This document shows, one piece after another, positions 13,471-25,064 of a DNA stretch of 64,000 nucleotides. A program made the position numbers and the translations under genes. The first letter of the stretch is position 1, and the number at the start of each line of letters is the position of its first letter. Under the pieces are notes generated by a model. The model searched no databases. It was not told the DNA's origin and saw nothing but the letters and a program-made list of their open reading frames with translations. Origin of the DNA: Octopus vulgaris (lineage: Eukaryota); contig OX597822.1 in assembly GCA_951406725.2 (NCBI GenBank), positions 72,602,001 to 72,666,000 on the forward strand. The letters are read 5' to 3'.

Positions 13471-14927
13471 TTAATTTCTCTGTGTCAGTATGTTCGGATG
13501 GTTGAGTCTGGGTTTGTACTTTTCAATGAAGAATGTTTCCTTGTTCAGTCTCATTTGTGTTGATGATCCGAAAGCACATTGGTAAAATGGGAAGATTAAA
13601 AATTGTGGCAGTAGTTGCTTTGCGCATTTCTCAATGTGCTCACTAAAAGGTATCATTCTATATTCTAGGAATGCAATCTGTTGTCGATGCAGTGTGCATC
13701 TGCGCCTGAGTGATAGTCCCGTGGAACCCACGTAGTCTTGGTGGCAGCCCGAGCATTTAATAACATAAATTATGTTTTCAGAGGCACAAGTAAAGTTAGA
13801 TTTGATCTTAAATTTCTGTCCCTCTTTAAAGAAGAATTCTGATCCTTCCAATAGGTTAGGACATGTTGCACAGTTCGATCTACCACATTTTTTTACTTTT
13901 GCATCCGTAATTTTAGAAGACAATTTTGCCTTTGTGAGAATCTTTTAAGTGATTTAGGCTGTTTGTAGCTTTTAATGATTTGGTGTATGTTTAGAATTTC
14001 CTTTAATTTTGGGTTTTTATGAAGTATTGGTAAATTCTGGGTGATGATGGTGAAGGCTTCTTTGTTTCTGGGGTTGTATGTAGATATGTAAGGTAGTATT
14101 TTCGGGGAAGGTGTGTTGTTGTGTTGAACTTTTCTTAAAGTTTCTATGTTGATTTCTGTTGCACGTCTGATCCCATCCTCTATGAGTTGAGCTGGGTAAT
14201 GTCTGTCAATTAGGGTGTTTTTGAGTTCTTGCAGTCTAAAGTTCCTGGTATTTTGTTCTGACACTATTGTGCATATCCTTCTTGCAAGGTTGAAGGGGAT
14301 GTTTGTTTTAGTGTGTCTTGGGTGGCATGAATTAAAAAGAAGGTATTGTTTGGCGTCTGTGGCTTTGTAAAAAATGTCTGTTTCTATTTTAAGGTTAAGT
14401 TTTTTAATTAGTATATCCAAGAACGGGAGCTCCTTTTGGTTGTATTCCATTGTGAACTGTATATTTGGGTTTATGCTGTTCAATAGGTTTTTAAATTTTA
14501 GGAGTTTATCTATGTTTTCATTCCAGAGAATGAAACAATCGTCTAGGAATCGTTTCCAATTCTCTTTTATGTATTGAGAGAGGGAGTTTCCAAAGATTGA
14601 TAGAGATTCCTGGTAAATGATTATTTCCATGTATCCCATTGTTAAGTTCGCAATGACTGGTGCTGCCCTTGTACCCATAGCAATTCCGGATTTTTGACGG
14701 TAAAATGTATTGTCAAACATGAAGTGGTTATTGTGTAGGATGAATTCAATTGATTTAGTAATGAATTCCTTACTGATCCTTTTTGGTATTTCTTCCGGAA
14801 ATTGGTCTAACCAGAATTGTATTGCCTCCAGTCCATAATTATGAGGTATACTGGTATACAAGTTGACTACATCAAATGAAACCAGGATTGTTTCTTCCTT
14901 GGTTTTTTTTGGAAGGTGGTTTAACAT
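13471..14927 (-). pseudogene. Frameshifted Penelope-like RT and GIY-YIG endonuclease
   Basis: Near-identical to the 16205-18070 protein; frameshift near 13940 and further indels upstream. Confidence 0.88.
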
Positions 14928-15520
14928 ATCTAAGTCATCTCTGATATGGCTATCGATATGTTTAAGGAAGGGTTTCTCAAGAGGATGTCCATAAGTAGAC
15001 TTAGTCTGTGTGTTTCACAGGTTGGGCCAGCTACAATGGGTCGTAGTTTTAGGTCCCCCGGATTAGGTGTGTGTATGTATGTCTTTGGTGATTTTTTTAA
15101 TGGTTTCATTTATAATTTGACTTTTATGAATTTTTGGCAGACCATAGAAAAGGCTAGGTTTGCATTTAAAGTTTGTTAGGAAATCAATCTCTTTGGTTGT
15201 CAGTTCCTTTTCATGGGTTTTAATTAGTGAAGATAGAGTTTTCATTATTTTTTGTGGGGTGTAGTTGGTAATTTTTTCATAATGTAGGTCTTCATCAAGC
15301 AAGGAAATTACTTTGCGTTTGTCTTGTGTTTAGTGGGGACCAGTAGTTTTGGTTCATGGGGTAGTAGTGATTTGTGTGTGGTGTATTTCTTATCCTAGTG
15401 TCGTATTGTGCTGTATGGTGGTTGGGTCTGGTATTAGGATGTTGTTGGTTTGTAGGATAAGAAATACACCACACACAAATCACTACTACCCCATGAACCA
15501 AAACTACTGGTCCCCACTAA

Positions 15521-18070
15521 ACACAAGACAAACGCAAAGAAACACTATGTCAAGCAACATCCCACATACAAGAAGTTCGAAACAAAAATATTCCCCATAC
15601 AGAAATTTTACACACACCACAAGCATTAACAACCATAGATTCACACACACAACGATCGGAGGCAACAATACCACCACTCCCCCGACCAAATACCACACAA
15701 CCTCACAGACAACTCATACAAACAAAATTACACCCAACATTTTTTAGCCAGGGACCAGAGACACCAGGACACAGGCTGGAACCTAGTAATAAGGAAAAAC
15801 CGAAGATAATCAATCTTTCAACCAAACCTCTTTCTAACATAAAAATTGACATCCTCGCAAAAGGGCTCAAATTTACACCAACTCCACGCAGAGCAAACCT
15901 AAATGAACTCAAGGATAATATAACAGAATTTTGCAGAAAATTAAGACTAGCAGAAGCATCAAACAGTTTCAATACTGAAGATGAATCACTTGTCAAGAAC
16001 GAAAGTGAACACATCCCACACAGAGGAAGAAATAAAGATCTTGACGAATTCTGTAACCACATTGAGAACTTCCCCTACCATACTATACATAAACAGAAAA
16101 CTAACCCAAATTTTAACAATACACAATGGAAAGAACTGATAGAACTCCAAAATGATGAAGATATAACCATTAAGGAAGCGGACAAGGGAAATGCAGTTGT
16201 AATAATGGATACATCATACTACAGAAATCTTGTAATTTCCTTGCTTGATGAAGACCTACATTATGAAAAAATTACCAACTACACCCCACAAAAAATAATG
16301 AAAACTCTATCTTCACTAATTAAAACCCATGAAAAGGAACTGACAACCAAAGAGATTGATTTCCTAACAAACTTTAAATGCAAACCTAGCCTTTTCTATG
16401 GTCTGCCAAAAATTCATAAAAGTCAAATTATAAATGAAACCATTAAAAAATCACCAAAGACATACATACACACACCTAATCCGGGGGACCTAAAACTACG
16501 ACCCATTGTAGCTGGCCCAACCTGTGAAACACACAGACTAAGTCTACTTATGGACATCCTCTTGAAACCCTTCCTTAAACATATCGATAGCCATATCAGA
16601 GATGACTTAGATATGTTAAACCACCTTCCAAAAAAAACCAAGGAAGAAACAATCCTGGTTTCATTTGATGTAGTCAACTTGTATACCAGTATACCTCATA
16701 ATTATGGACTGGAGGCAATACAATTCTGGTTAGACCAATTTCCGGAAGAAATACCAAAAAGGATCAGTAAGGAATTCATTACTAAATCAATTGAATTCAT
16801 CCTACACAATAACCACTTCATGTTTGACAATACATTTTACCGTCAAAAATCCGGAATTGCTATGGGTACAAGGGCAGCACCAGTCATTGCGAACTTAACA
16901 ATGGGATACATGGAAATAATCATTTACCAGGAATCTCTATCAATCTTTGGAAACTCCCTCTCTCAATACATAAAAGAGAATTGGAAACGATTCCTAGACG
17001 ATTGTTTCATTCTCTGGAATGAAAACATAGATAAACTCCTAAAATTTAAAAACCTATTGAACAGCATAAACCCAAATATACAGTTCACAATGGAATACAA
17101 CCAAAAGGAGCTCCCGTTCTTGGATATACTAATTAAAAAAATTAACCTTAAAATAGAAACAGACATTTTTTACAAAGCCACAGCCGCCAAACAATACCTT
17201 CTTTTTAATTCATGCCACCCAAGACACACTAAAACAAACATCCCCTTCAACCTTGCAAGAAGGATATGCACAATAGTGTCAGAACAAAATACCAGGAACT
17301 TTAGACTGCAAGAACTCAAAAACACCCTAATTGACAGACATTACCCAGCTCAACTCATAGAGGATGGGATCAGACGTGCAACAGAAATCAACATAGAAAC
17401 TTTAAGAAAAGTTCAACACAACAACACACCTTCCCCGAAAATACTACCTTACATATCTACATACAACCCCAGAAACAAAGAAGCCTTCACCATCATCACC
17501 CAGAATTTACCAATACTTCATAAAAACCCAAAATTAAAGGAAATTCTAAACATACACCAAATCATTAAAAGCTACAAACAGCCTAAATCACTTAAAAAGA
17601 TTCTCACAAAGGCAAAATTGTCTTCTAAAATTACGGATGCAAAAGTAAAAAAATGTGGTAGATCGAACTGTGCAACATGTCCTAACCTATTGGAAGGATC
17701 AGAATTCTTCTTTAAAGAGGGACAGAAATTTAAGATCAAATCTAACTTTACTTGTGCCTCTGAAAACATAATTTATGTTATTAAATGCTCAGGCTGCCAC
17801 CAAGACTACGTGGGTTCCACGGGACTATCACTCAGGCGCAGATGCACACTGCATCGACAACAGATTGCATTCCTAGAATATAGAATGATACCTTTTAGTG
17901 AGCACATTGAGAAATGCGCAAAGCAACTACTGCCACAATTTTTAATCTTCCCATTTTACCAATGTGCTTTCGGATCATCAACACAAATGAGACTGAACAA
18001 GGAAACATTCTTCATTGAAAAGTACAAACCCAGACTCAACCATCCGAACATACTGACACAGAGAAATTAA
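15521..18070 (+). CDS. Penelope-like reverse transcriptase / GIY-YIG endonuclease (first Met at 16205; frame open from 15521)
   Basis: Manual translation upstream of the Met gives IINLS..LAKGLKFTP and ADKGNAVVIMD. Downstream motifs: FYGLPKIHK, LRPIV, SFDVVNLYTSIP, GIAMGT, RFLDD, LPFLDI, CGRSNCATC linker, NIIYVIKC..C..DYVGST..R..LH (GIY-YIG). Confidence 0.93.
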   Translation, partial: TQDKRKETLCQATSHIQEVRNKNIPHTEILHTPQALTTIDSHTQRSEATIPPLPRPNTTQPHRQLIQTKLHPTFFSQGPETPGHRLEPSNKEKPKIINLSTKPLSNIKIDILAKGLKFTPTPRRANLNELKDNITEFCRKLRLAEASNSFNTEDESLVKNESEHIPHRGRNKDLDEFCNHIENFPYHTIHKQKTNPNFNNTQWKELIELQNDEDITIKEADKGNAVVIMDTSYYRNLVISLLDEDLHYEKITNYTPQKIMKTLSSLIKTHEKELTTKEIDFLTNFKCKPSLFYGLPKIHKSQIINETIKKSPKTYIHTPNPGDLKLRPIVAGPTCETHRLSLLMDILLKPFLKHIDSHIRDDLDMLNHLPKKTKEETILVSFDVVNLYTSIPHNYGLEAIQFWLDQFPEEIPKRISKEFITKSIEFILHNNHFMFDNTFYRQKSGIAMGTRAAPVIANLTMGYMEIIIYQESLSIFGNSLSQYIKENWKRFLDDCFILWNENIDKLLKFKNLLNSINPNIQFTMEYNQKELPFLDILIKKINLKIETDIFYKATAAKQYLLFNSCHPRHTKTNIPFNLARRICTIVSEQNTRNFRLQELKNTLIDRHYPAQLIEDGIRRATEINIETLRKVQHNNTPSPKILPYISTYNPRNKEAFTIITQNLPILHKNPKLKEILNIHQIIKSYKQPKSLKKILTKAKLSSKITDAKVKKCGRSNCATCPNLLEGSEFFFKEGQKFKIKSNFTCASENIIYVIKCSGCHQDYVGSTGLSLRRRCTLHRQQIAFLEYRMIPFSEHIEKCAKQLLPQFLIFPFYQCAFGSSTQMRLNKETFFIEKYKPRLNHPNILTQRN

Positions 18071-18205
18071 CAAGGAAATGGGAAAAAAAATTTTAAGCGA
18101 TTATCTCCCCTACACCGGAAAAAATCACTCACTACCTCCCCTTATTTAGAAATCTCCTGGAAATAAAAACAACGATAATTCCATGCAATATAAACATAAC
18201 GTCAC

Positions 18206-18245
18206 AAGAAATTTGAAAAGCTACACGCGAAACCGGTAATTTCTT
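18206..18245 (+). ncRNA. Minimal type-I hammerhead ribozyme with U3-A8 core variant
   Basis: aagaaat-TTGAAAA-gc tacac gc-GAAAC CG GTA-atttctt; 7-bp stem I and palindromic ACCGGT stem III. Confidence 0.72.
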
Positions 18246-18459
18246 TAAAAATTTTAAAATTATGTCATTTTAAGGAAAGGAAAAAAAAAAAAAAAAAAAA
18301 AAAATTTTTTTCCAATATTCTCCAGACATTTTGACACAAATATATATATTTTTTAACATTTAAGCCTTCTGTCGTTTTTTCACACTTTACTATTTTCTTA
18401 TATATTCACCCACGTGCTTTACCAAACAAACTTTCTTATCTATACATATATATATATAT

Positions 18460-18890
18460 ATATTAATTCATAATACAATATAAGCATAAAAATTACGTTA
18501 GATTTTTATCGGGTAGTCAGCATGCTATATATATAAATTGCCTATATATACATATATCATTCAATGTGCTATAATGAATCCACAAACACATATAGAACAT
18601 CCAAGGGTTTAGGTTTCGCCGTCTGAAGATATTATGCTCAGGTCATATAAATATAATATTTACTTAATATTTCCTGAGTATTAATTGAAACAACTGTAAG
18701 TGATAATGGTTATATTGCCGTTTATAATAAACATTTATAAACTTCCAAATCTCCATTTTCTTTTCCTTCTTTTATGCGAATAAAAGCTATATGTCTTTAT
18801 ATATTGACATAAATTCTTCAGGAAATAAATTTTTTCAAAATACTAGGCATTGAACCATTATTTCATGAGGTTCACATAACCTCTAACCGA
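18460..18890 (+). mobile_element. Old Penelope-like terminal fragment with degenerate type-I HHR (18623-18698)
   Basis: CTGAAGA..tgctcagg/cctgagta stem II..GAAACAACTGTA; stem I not recoverable; boundaries approximate. Confidence 0.4.
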
Positions 18891-18892
18891 AA

Positions 18893-19001
<109 letters not shown>

Positions 19002-19027
19002 TGTGTGTGTGCGTGTGTGTGTATGTG

Positions 19028-19058
<31 letters not shown>

Positions 19059-19139
19059 GCATGTAACTGTCTACCTGTCTACATATCTCTCTCTCCCTAT
19101 ATGTGTGAGTGTTTATGTATGGATGCATATATTTATGCG

Positions 19140-19355
19140 TGTGTGTCTGTGTTTGTCCTCCCGCCATAACTTGACAACCGATGCTGTTGAGTTTATATCC
19201 ACGTAACACAGCTGTTCGGCAAAAGAGACCGATAGAATAAGTACAAGGCTTACAAAGACCTGACTTCGCTTTCATCGACTAAAACTCTTTAAGACGGTGC
19301 TTCAGCATGGCCGCAGTCAAATGTCTGAAGCAGGTAAAAAAGTAAAATATAAAAG
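19140..19355 (+). mobile_element. SINE family 1, 3' half
   Basis: Matches the 3' half of 2901-3330. Confidence 0.8.
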
Positions 19356-19358
19356 AAT

Positions 19359-19389
<31 letters not shown>

Positions 19390-19573
19390 CTATTGTGGGA
19401 GATACGTTCCAAAACATCCCAAAGAACTAAATAAAATATAAAAGAAATTTGAATTACCTTCCACCCGCATAAACCCTTGATAAACTAAGGATTCTGCGAT
19501 AGAGATTTATATATATTAGCCAGAAAAATATGCGATATTCTTGGTGCACGATAGGTGAAACGTGATATATATA

Positions 19574-20531
19574 TTAGATTTCCCTTGGGGGCTGCCCAGG
19601 TCGGAGCAATCTCAAGATTAATCAGCCGAAATTGCGAAGATGATCCGGTTCTTGACTGATGACTGAGGGCTTCGAATGTCCCGTCCTGTGGTTCTTGTGT
19701 CGTCTTCTAGGTGTTTAACGTTCTTGTCCCAGTTTGTATATATTTTTTACTTTTTACATATATAATGGCGGCTTCGTATCCACACCTCTGTCCTTATACG
19801 TAAGTATATTTTCTCCAACATTGGTACGACTCTTGATCGGTCTTTTTCTCTCTCTTTCTCCTCCTTCCTTATTCCCCTTCTTTCTTTCTTTCTCTCTTCA
19901 TCCGTTCCCCCTCCTACGCTTCTCTACCTCTCATACCTCCACTCCCCTCGACCTGTCTCTTTCTTCTCCTCCCCTGTCCCCCTTCTCTCTCTCCTCATCT
20001 GTCCCCTTCTCCTGTCTTTTGTCCTCACGTGACCAGCTAGCCACTACTGGGCAGCCTTTTCGTATCCAGCAGTCGTTGAAGCAACACGTTTTTGTTTGTT
20101 TCCCGCGGCCATAAGGCACAACGCCATAAGCCAGCCCCAACTCAACTCGTCCTGTCGAAAGACCTTTGTCCTACGTCCTGGTTTTGTTTTTTATCCTTAC
20201 CTTTATTGTTTTTACGTTTTTGTATTCTTATTCGTGCTTTCCTTATTGTTTTCACGTATTTCTGCATTTTTATTCGTGTACATCGTTCGTTTTCCGTCCT
20301 TGTGTTGTATACATTCGAAGCTTTCTTCCAAGGGATCTAATGCGCTTGGCTTAGATTTCCCTTGGGGGCTGCCACGGTCGGAGCAATCTCAAGATTAATC
20401 AGCCGAAATTGCGAAGATGATCCGGTTCTTGACTGATGACTGAGGGCTTCGAATGTCCCGTCCTGTGGTTCTTGTGTCGTCTTCTAGGTGTTTCACGTTC
20501 TTGTCCCAGTTTGTATATATTTTTTACTTTT

Positions 20532-20539
<8 letters not shown>
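19574..20539 (+). mobile_element. Non-autonomous terminally redundant element, 777-nt unit with ~188-bp direct repeats
   Basis: 19574-19762 is nearly identical to 20351-20539; non-coding CT-rich interior; permuted hammerhead core in both repeats; TA flanks. Confidence 0.8.
20311..20456 (+). ncRNA. Candidate permuted hammerhead ribozyme, copy B (predicted cleavage after AUC 20386-20388; partial twin at 19581-19679)
   Basis: ATC 20386-88, GAAA 20405-08, CTGATGA 20433-39. Stem III gcaat/attgc, stem I tcaaga/tcttga, stem II ggctg/cagcc. Extra helices gtcgga/tccggt and acattcgaagc/gcttcgaatgt; hairpin ccaaggga..tcccttgg. Confidence 0.72.
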
Positions 20540-20581
<42 letters not shown>

Positions 20582-20846
20582 AATATTGACGGAGATAAAT
20601 TAATATTAATTTTAATATCAATTTAAAACCAGTAGTCCAGCATTCAACAAATCTGAGGAGTCTGAGAAAATTCAAATATATGTGTATATTGGCAGGGCTG
20701 GCCTGCTAGGTAGCCGGCCAGAATGCTAGAAGAAGATCATCAACGATCAAACTACAAGGGAAATTCTCTAGAGGAAGAATTCAGCGAACACCAGAACCAA
20801 CTTTGGCGGGTAGGACATATGAAAAATTAAATAAAAAACAGACTTA

Positions 20847-20923
20847 AATGTATACCTCGGTTTCGGTCTTAACAAAAAGAATTACTTGCATAATTCAAGT
20901 GTCCGTGACTTCATCAGTACATT
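20847..20923 (-). ncRNA. Type-I hammerhead ribozyme, inverted copy
   Basis: Reverse complement of 21459-21534. Confidence 0.65.
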
Positions 20924-21458
20924 CGGTCTTCGAGATGCAAACTGAAAGTCTAACCCCAGCTCTCTGTGTCAAGACAGACACGTGCTTAGTCTTACTGATT
21001 ACATCGGGAATAAAATTTCAAATATCTTGGCTCTGGCGCGCTAAGAGACTCCTGAAGCGAAGGGCTGCAGTGAATAATTCACTGCGGGTAGTGCTTACAA
21101 CAAGGGAACGTATTTATTTAAATATTTAGCAGGCCAGCCCTGCCAATATACACATATATTTGAATTTTCTCTGACTCCTCAGATTTTTTGAATGCTGGAC
21201 TACTGGTTTTAAATTGATATTAAAATTAATATTAATTTATCTCCCTCAATATTTAAATATTTAAATAAATACGTTCCCTAGTTGTAAGCACTACCCGCAG
21301 TGAATTATTCACTGCAGCCCTTCGCTTCAGGAGTCTCTTAGCGCGCCAGAGCCAAGACATTTGAAATTTTATTCCCGATGTAATCAGTAAGACTAAGCAC
21401 GTGTCTGTCTTGATACAGAGAGCTGGGGTTAGTCTTGCGGTTTGCATCTCGAGGACCG

Positions 21459-21534
21459 AATGTACTGATGAAGTCACGGACACTTGAATTATGCAAGTAA
21501 TTCTTTTGTTAAGACCGAAACCGAGGTATACATT
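21459..21534 (+). ncRNA. Type-I hammerhead ribozyme with extended stem II
   Basis: aatgta-CTGATGA-agtc..[gaatta/taattc hairpin]..gacc-GAAAC CGAG GTA-tacatt; perfect 6-bp stem I; first stem II pair mismatched. Confidence 0.65.
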
Positions 21535-21691
21535 TAAGTCTGTTTTTTATTTAATTTTTCATATGTCCTGCCCGCCAAAGTTGGTTCTGGTGTTCGCTGA
21601 ATTCTTCCTCTAGGGAATTTCCCTTGTAGTTTGATCGTTGATGATCTTCTTCTAGCATTCTGGCCGGCTACCTAGCAGGCCAGCCCTGCCA

Positions 21692-21758
<67 letters not shown>

Positions 21759-21947
21759 TAATTGGACTCAGTTCATCGCAGACTTTTCTGCCTAATATAT
21801 GTAAACTAAGTAAATTAATATCAGGGACTCCTCAGTTTATCGAGGGTTTATGCGAGCGGAAGGTATCTAAAATTTCTTTAGATTTTATTTAATTCTCTGG
21901 GAGGTTTTGGAACTTATAACCTACGATAGTTTAAGGATGACTATTTA

Positions 21948-22025
<78 letters not shown>

Positions 22026-22448
22026 TATATACACATATATACGTATACATATATATATGTATATATCTATGTATGTATGAATGTATAAATTCTATTTGCC
22101 ATCGAACGCAAAGTGGCAGTCCTACGTACGGCGATGTTACTACTTTTTAGTCCTGGGAAATACCTTTTCCAGCTTGCTCTCCACACGTGGTCTGTGTCTC
22201 TAAACTGCGTGCAAGGGAGTCTATTGTTCCCTTACTAGCTGTAGCGATACCTCTAGACCAATGGTGGCTGGGTAATTTCCCTTCGTCTGTAGAGAACAAC
22301 CACTGGCTAGAGATAGTAGCCACTCGTTCTTCGTCATAGTATATACATTTAAAGTGACACAAAGGTGCTGATCTCATAAAGAGGAAAATAACTGGTTTTA
22401 AATATCTGAGCGCGAAACATGTAGTATGTGTGTATGTGTATATATATA

Positions 22449-23097
<649 letters not shown>

Positions 23098-23233
23098 TTG
23101 TGTGTGAGTGCGTTTGCTTATGTATATGTATGTGCATGTATAAACCTTTTTGAGTGTTTTCTATTTATGCCATTTACGTCTTTTTCTCTCTCTCTCCCTG
23201 TTTATTCCTCCGTATACACATACATGCATACGC

Positions 23234-23273
<40 letters not shown>

Positions 23274-24795
23274 GAGATGATCTACCTATGAGTGTGCTTT
23301 CGTATTTATATCAGACATCTAAATGACAACGGTGTTGTATATTTTAATTAAAGAGCATTTAAACGCCACGTTATTTCAGGAATATGTGTGTTTAAATGCT
23401 TGAGCGTGCGAAGAATGCAGATGTGCGTGTGTCTGAGCACGCACATAAACACAATTTTCAATTCAAGTTGATAAATATTTGCAGTGACTTTTAAATTGAT
23501 GTTGATGCTGATGATAACACATCGTGATACTGTTTGCTCAAATAGAAAGAAGTTCATCTAAAACAACAAAGTGCTCTGTAGTCAGTATCTGGTTCTTGTA
23601 ACGTGAACTTAATTTCATTTCTGTATTCCGTACTATATACCTAATGGCTATATACATCGCCCTGATTGTAACCCAAATCACAAACTGCAATAAAACCACC
23701 CAACATCGCCGACACCGTATCGCTTACATTCGGACATTTTATTAATACAATTTTAGTTGCAACGTTCTGCCTGAAATACATGAATAGAGAGTTGAAATCT
23801 TTGCTGCTTCTAACTAAACCTAATAATTACAATGTAATGTATTTGCATCTACAATGTTCCTTTTCTTCTATTTATTTCAGTCGACACTCACATTTATTTC
23901 ATCAAGAGTTATAAATGAATGTTTTCATCGATCTCGTGTATTTCTTCCTCCACAGTTTTGTATAAGTTGCCAAACTATTCGCGCAGGAGAATTTTCTTAT
24001 TAAAAACATTCGAATAGCAAAGCGATGTCATCTCTTCTCTCTTTTATCACTGCTAAATAAATTTGTCCCAATTCTATTTAATATTCAGTAATCAAAATAA
24101 TTCAATCAGCAAGTAAATAGCAATCTAGTTTGGTCACACAAATAACTCCGGTTTTGGAACGTAATGACATAGTCAGTTATGTGCAACCTTTATATCGTAT
24201 CACACTAAAGATATTTGGGGTAATTTTCTACCAAACCAGTTTCTTTTACTCACTAATAGCCGTAGTCTCACACGCATGGGACCCTTTAATTCTTTCTGAA
24301 TACCAGAAGCATCTTATTGCTGAAAACGGTTTTAATAAAAAGTGTGTTCTATCTTGTTCGCTATGCTAATGCCTATCAATAATAACAACATACAAAAAGG
24401 CTTCAATAAGGTTCGTAGTTTCGATAGTAAACGATCTGACAAAAAACACGAAATTGAAGTAAATTACGACTTAAATATTTTAAACTAATGATTGAAACTT
24501 TATCGATTACCTAATTCTCCTTATATAAGAGAGAACATTTCTGTAGTTTACACAGAAATTAGTCCTTTAAATGGGAAATTTCGTGAGTTCGGGAGTAGTA
24601 GATTACATAAATATGTTTATTGAAATTACAGTAGATATAAAGAGATTTATAACAGAATAAACAAATTACTTTCGGATTATATCAACTTATTTACAGTTTA
24701 ATGTAGCAATACTTTATGCAATCCTCTTTCTCACCATCTCTCTCACTCAGTTTCTCTTTATCCATAAATACATACACACACACACACACACACAT

Positions 24796-24829
<34 letters not shown>

Positions 24830-25033
24830 ATATATATATATATATACGCATATATATATATGTATATATATATATATTATATTATATATTACATATATAT
24901 ACTATATTATATATAAATATTAAATATATATATATATATATGCATATGTATAAATATGTGTTCATGTATATTTACAAGTGTCTTTCTGTGCATACACACA
25001 CACATGTATATGTGTATATATATATGTGTGTGC

Positions 25034-25064
<31 letters not shown>

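Larger units (their letters stand above)
13137..15452 (-). mobile_element. Inverted, internally deleted and frameshifted copy of the Penelope-like element
   Basis: Reverse complement of 15453-15539 joined to 16232-18405, so it lacks ~15540-16231; RT/GIY-YIG is split into ORFs 15063-15302, 13893-14927 and 13471-13923 by small indels. Confidence 0.92.
15453..18440 (+). mobile_element. Penelope-like retroelement (probably Neptune group), 5'-truncated
   Basis: RT + Cys linker + GIY-YIG ORF, hammerhead in the 3' terminal region, inverted partner copy, flanked by (TA)n. Confidence 0.93.
20576..21697. mobile_element. Fold-back non-autonomous element built from a circularly permuted 546-nt unit with a type-I HHR
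   Basis: Left arm (minus strand) reads B-A; right arm reads A(21127-21259)-B(21260-21672)-start of A(21673-21696); (TA)n on both sides. Confidence 0.85.

Noticed and set aside
20366-20432. HDV-like or twister ribozyme interpretation of the pseudoknots
   Set aside because: No P1.1/L3 or J4/2 pattern and no twister core; hammerhead nucleotides abut the helices exactly.
20848-21483. Paired 93-aa and 76-aa ORFs
   Set aside because: Duplicated only because of the inverted repeat; antisense to the HHR strand and no recognisable motif.
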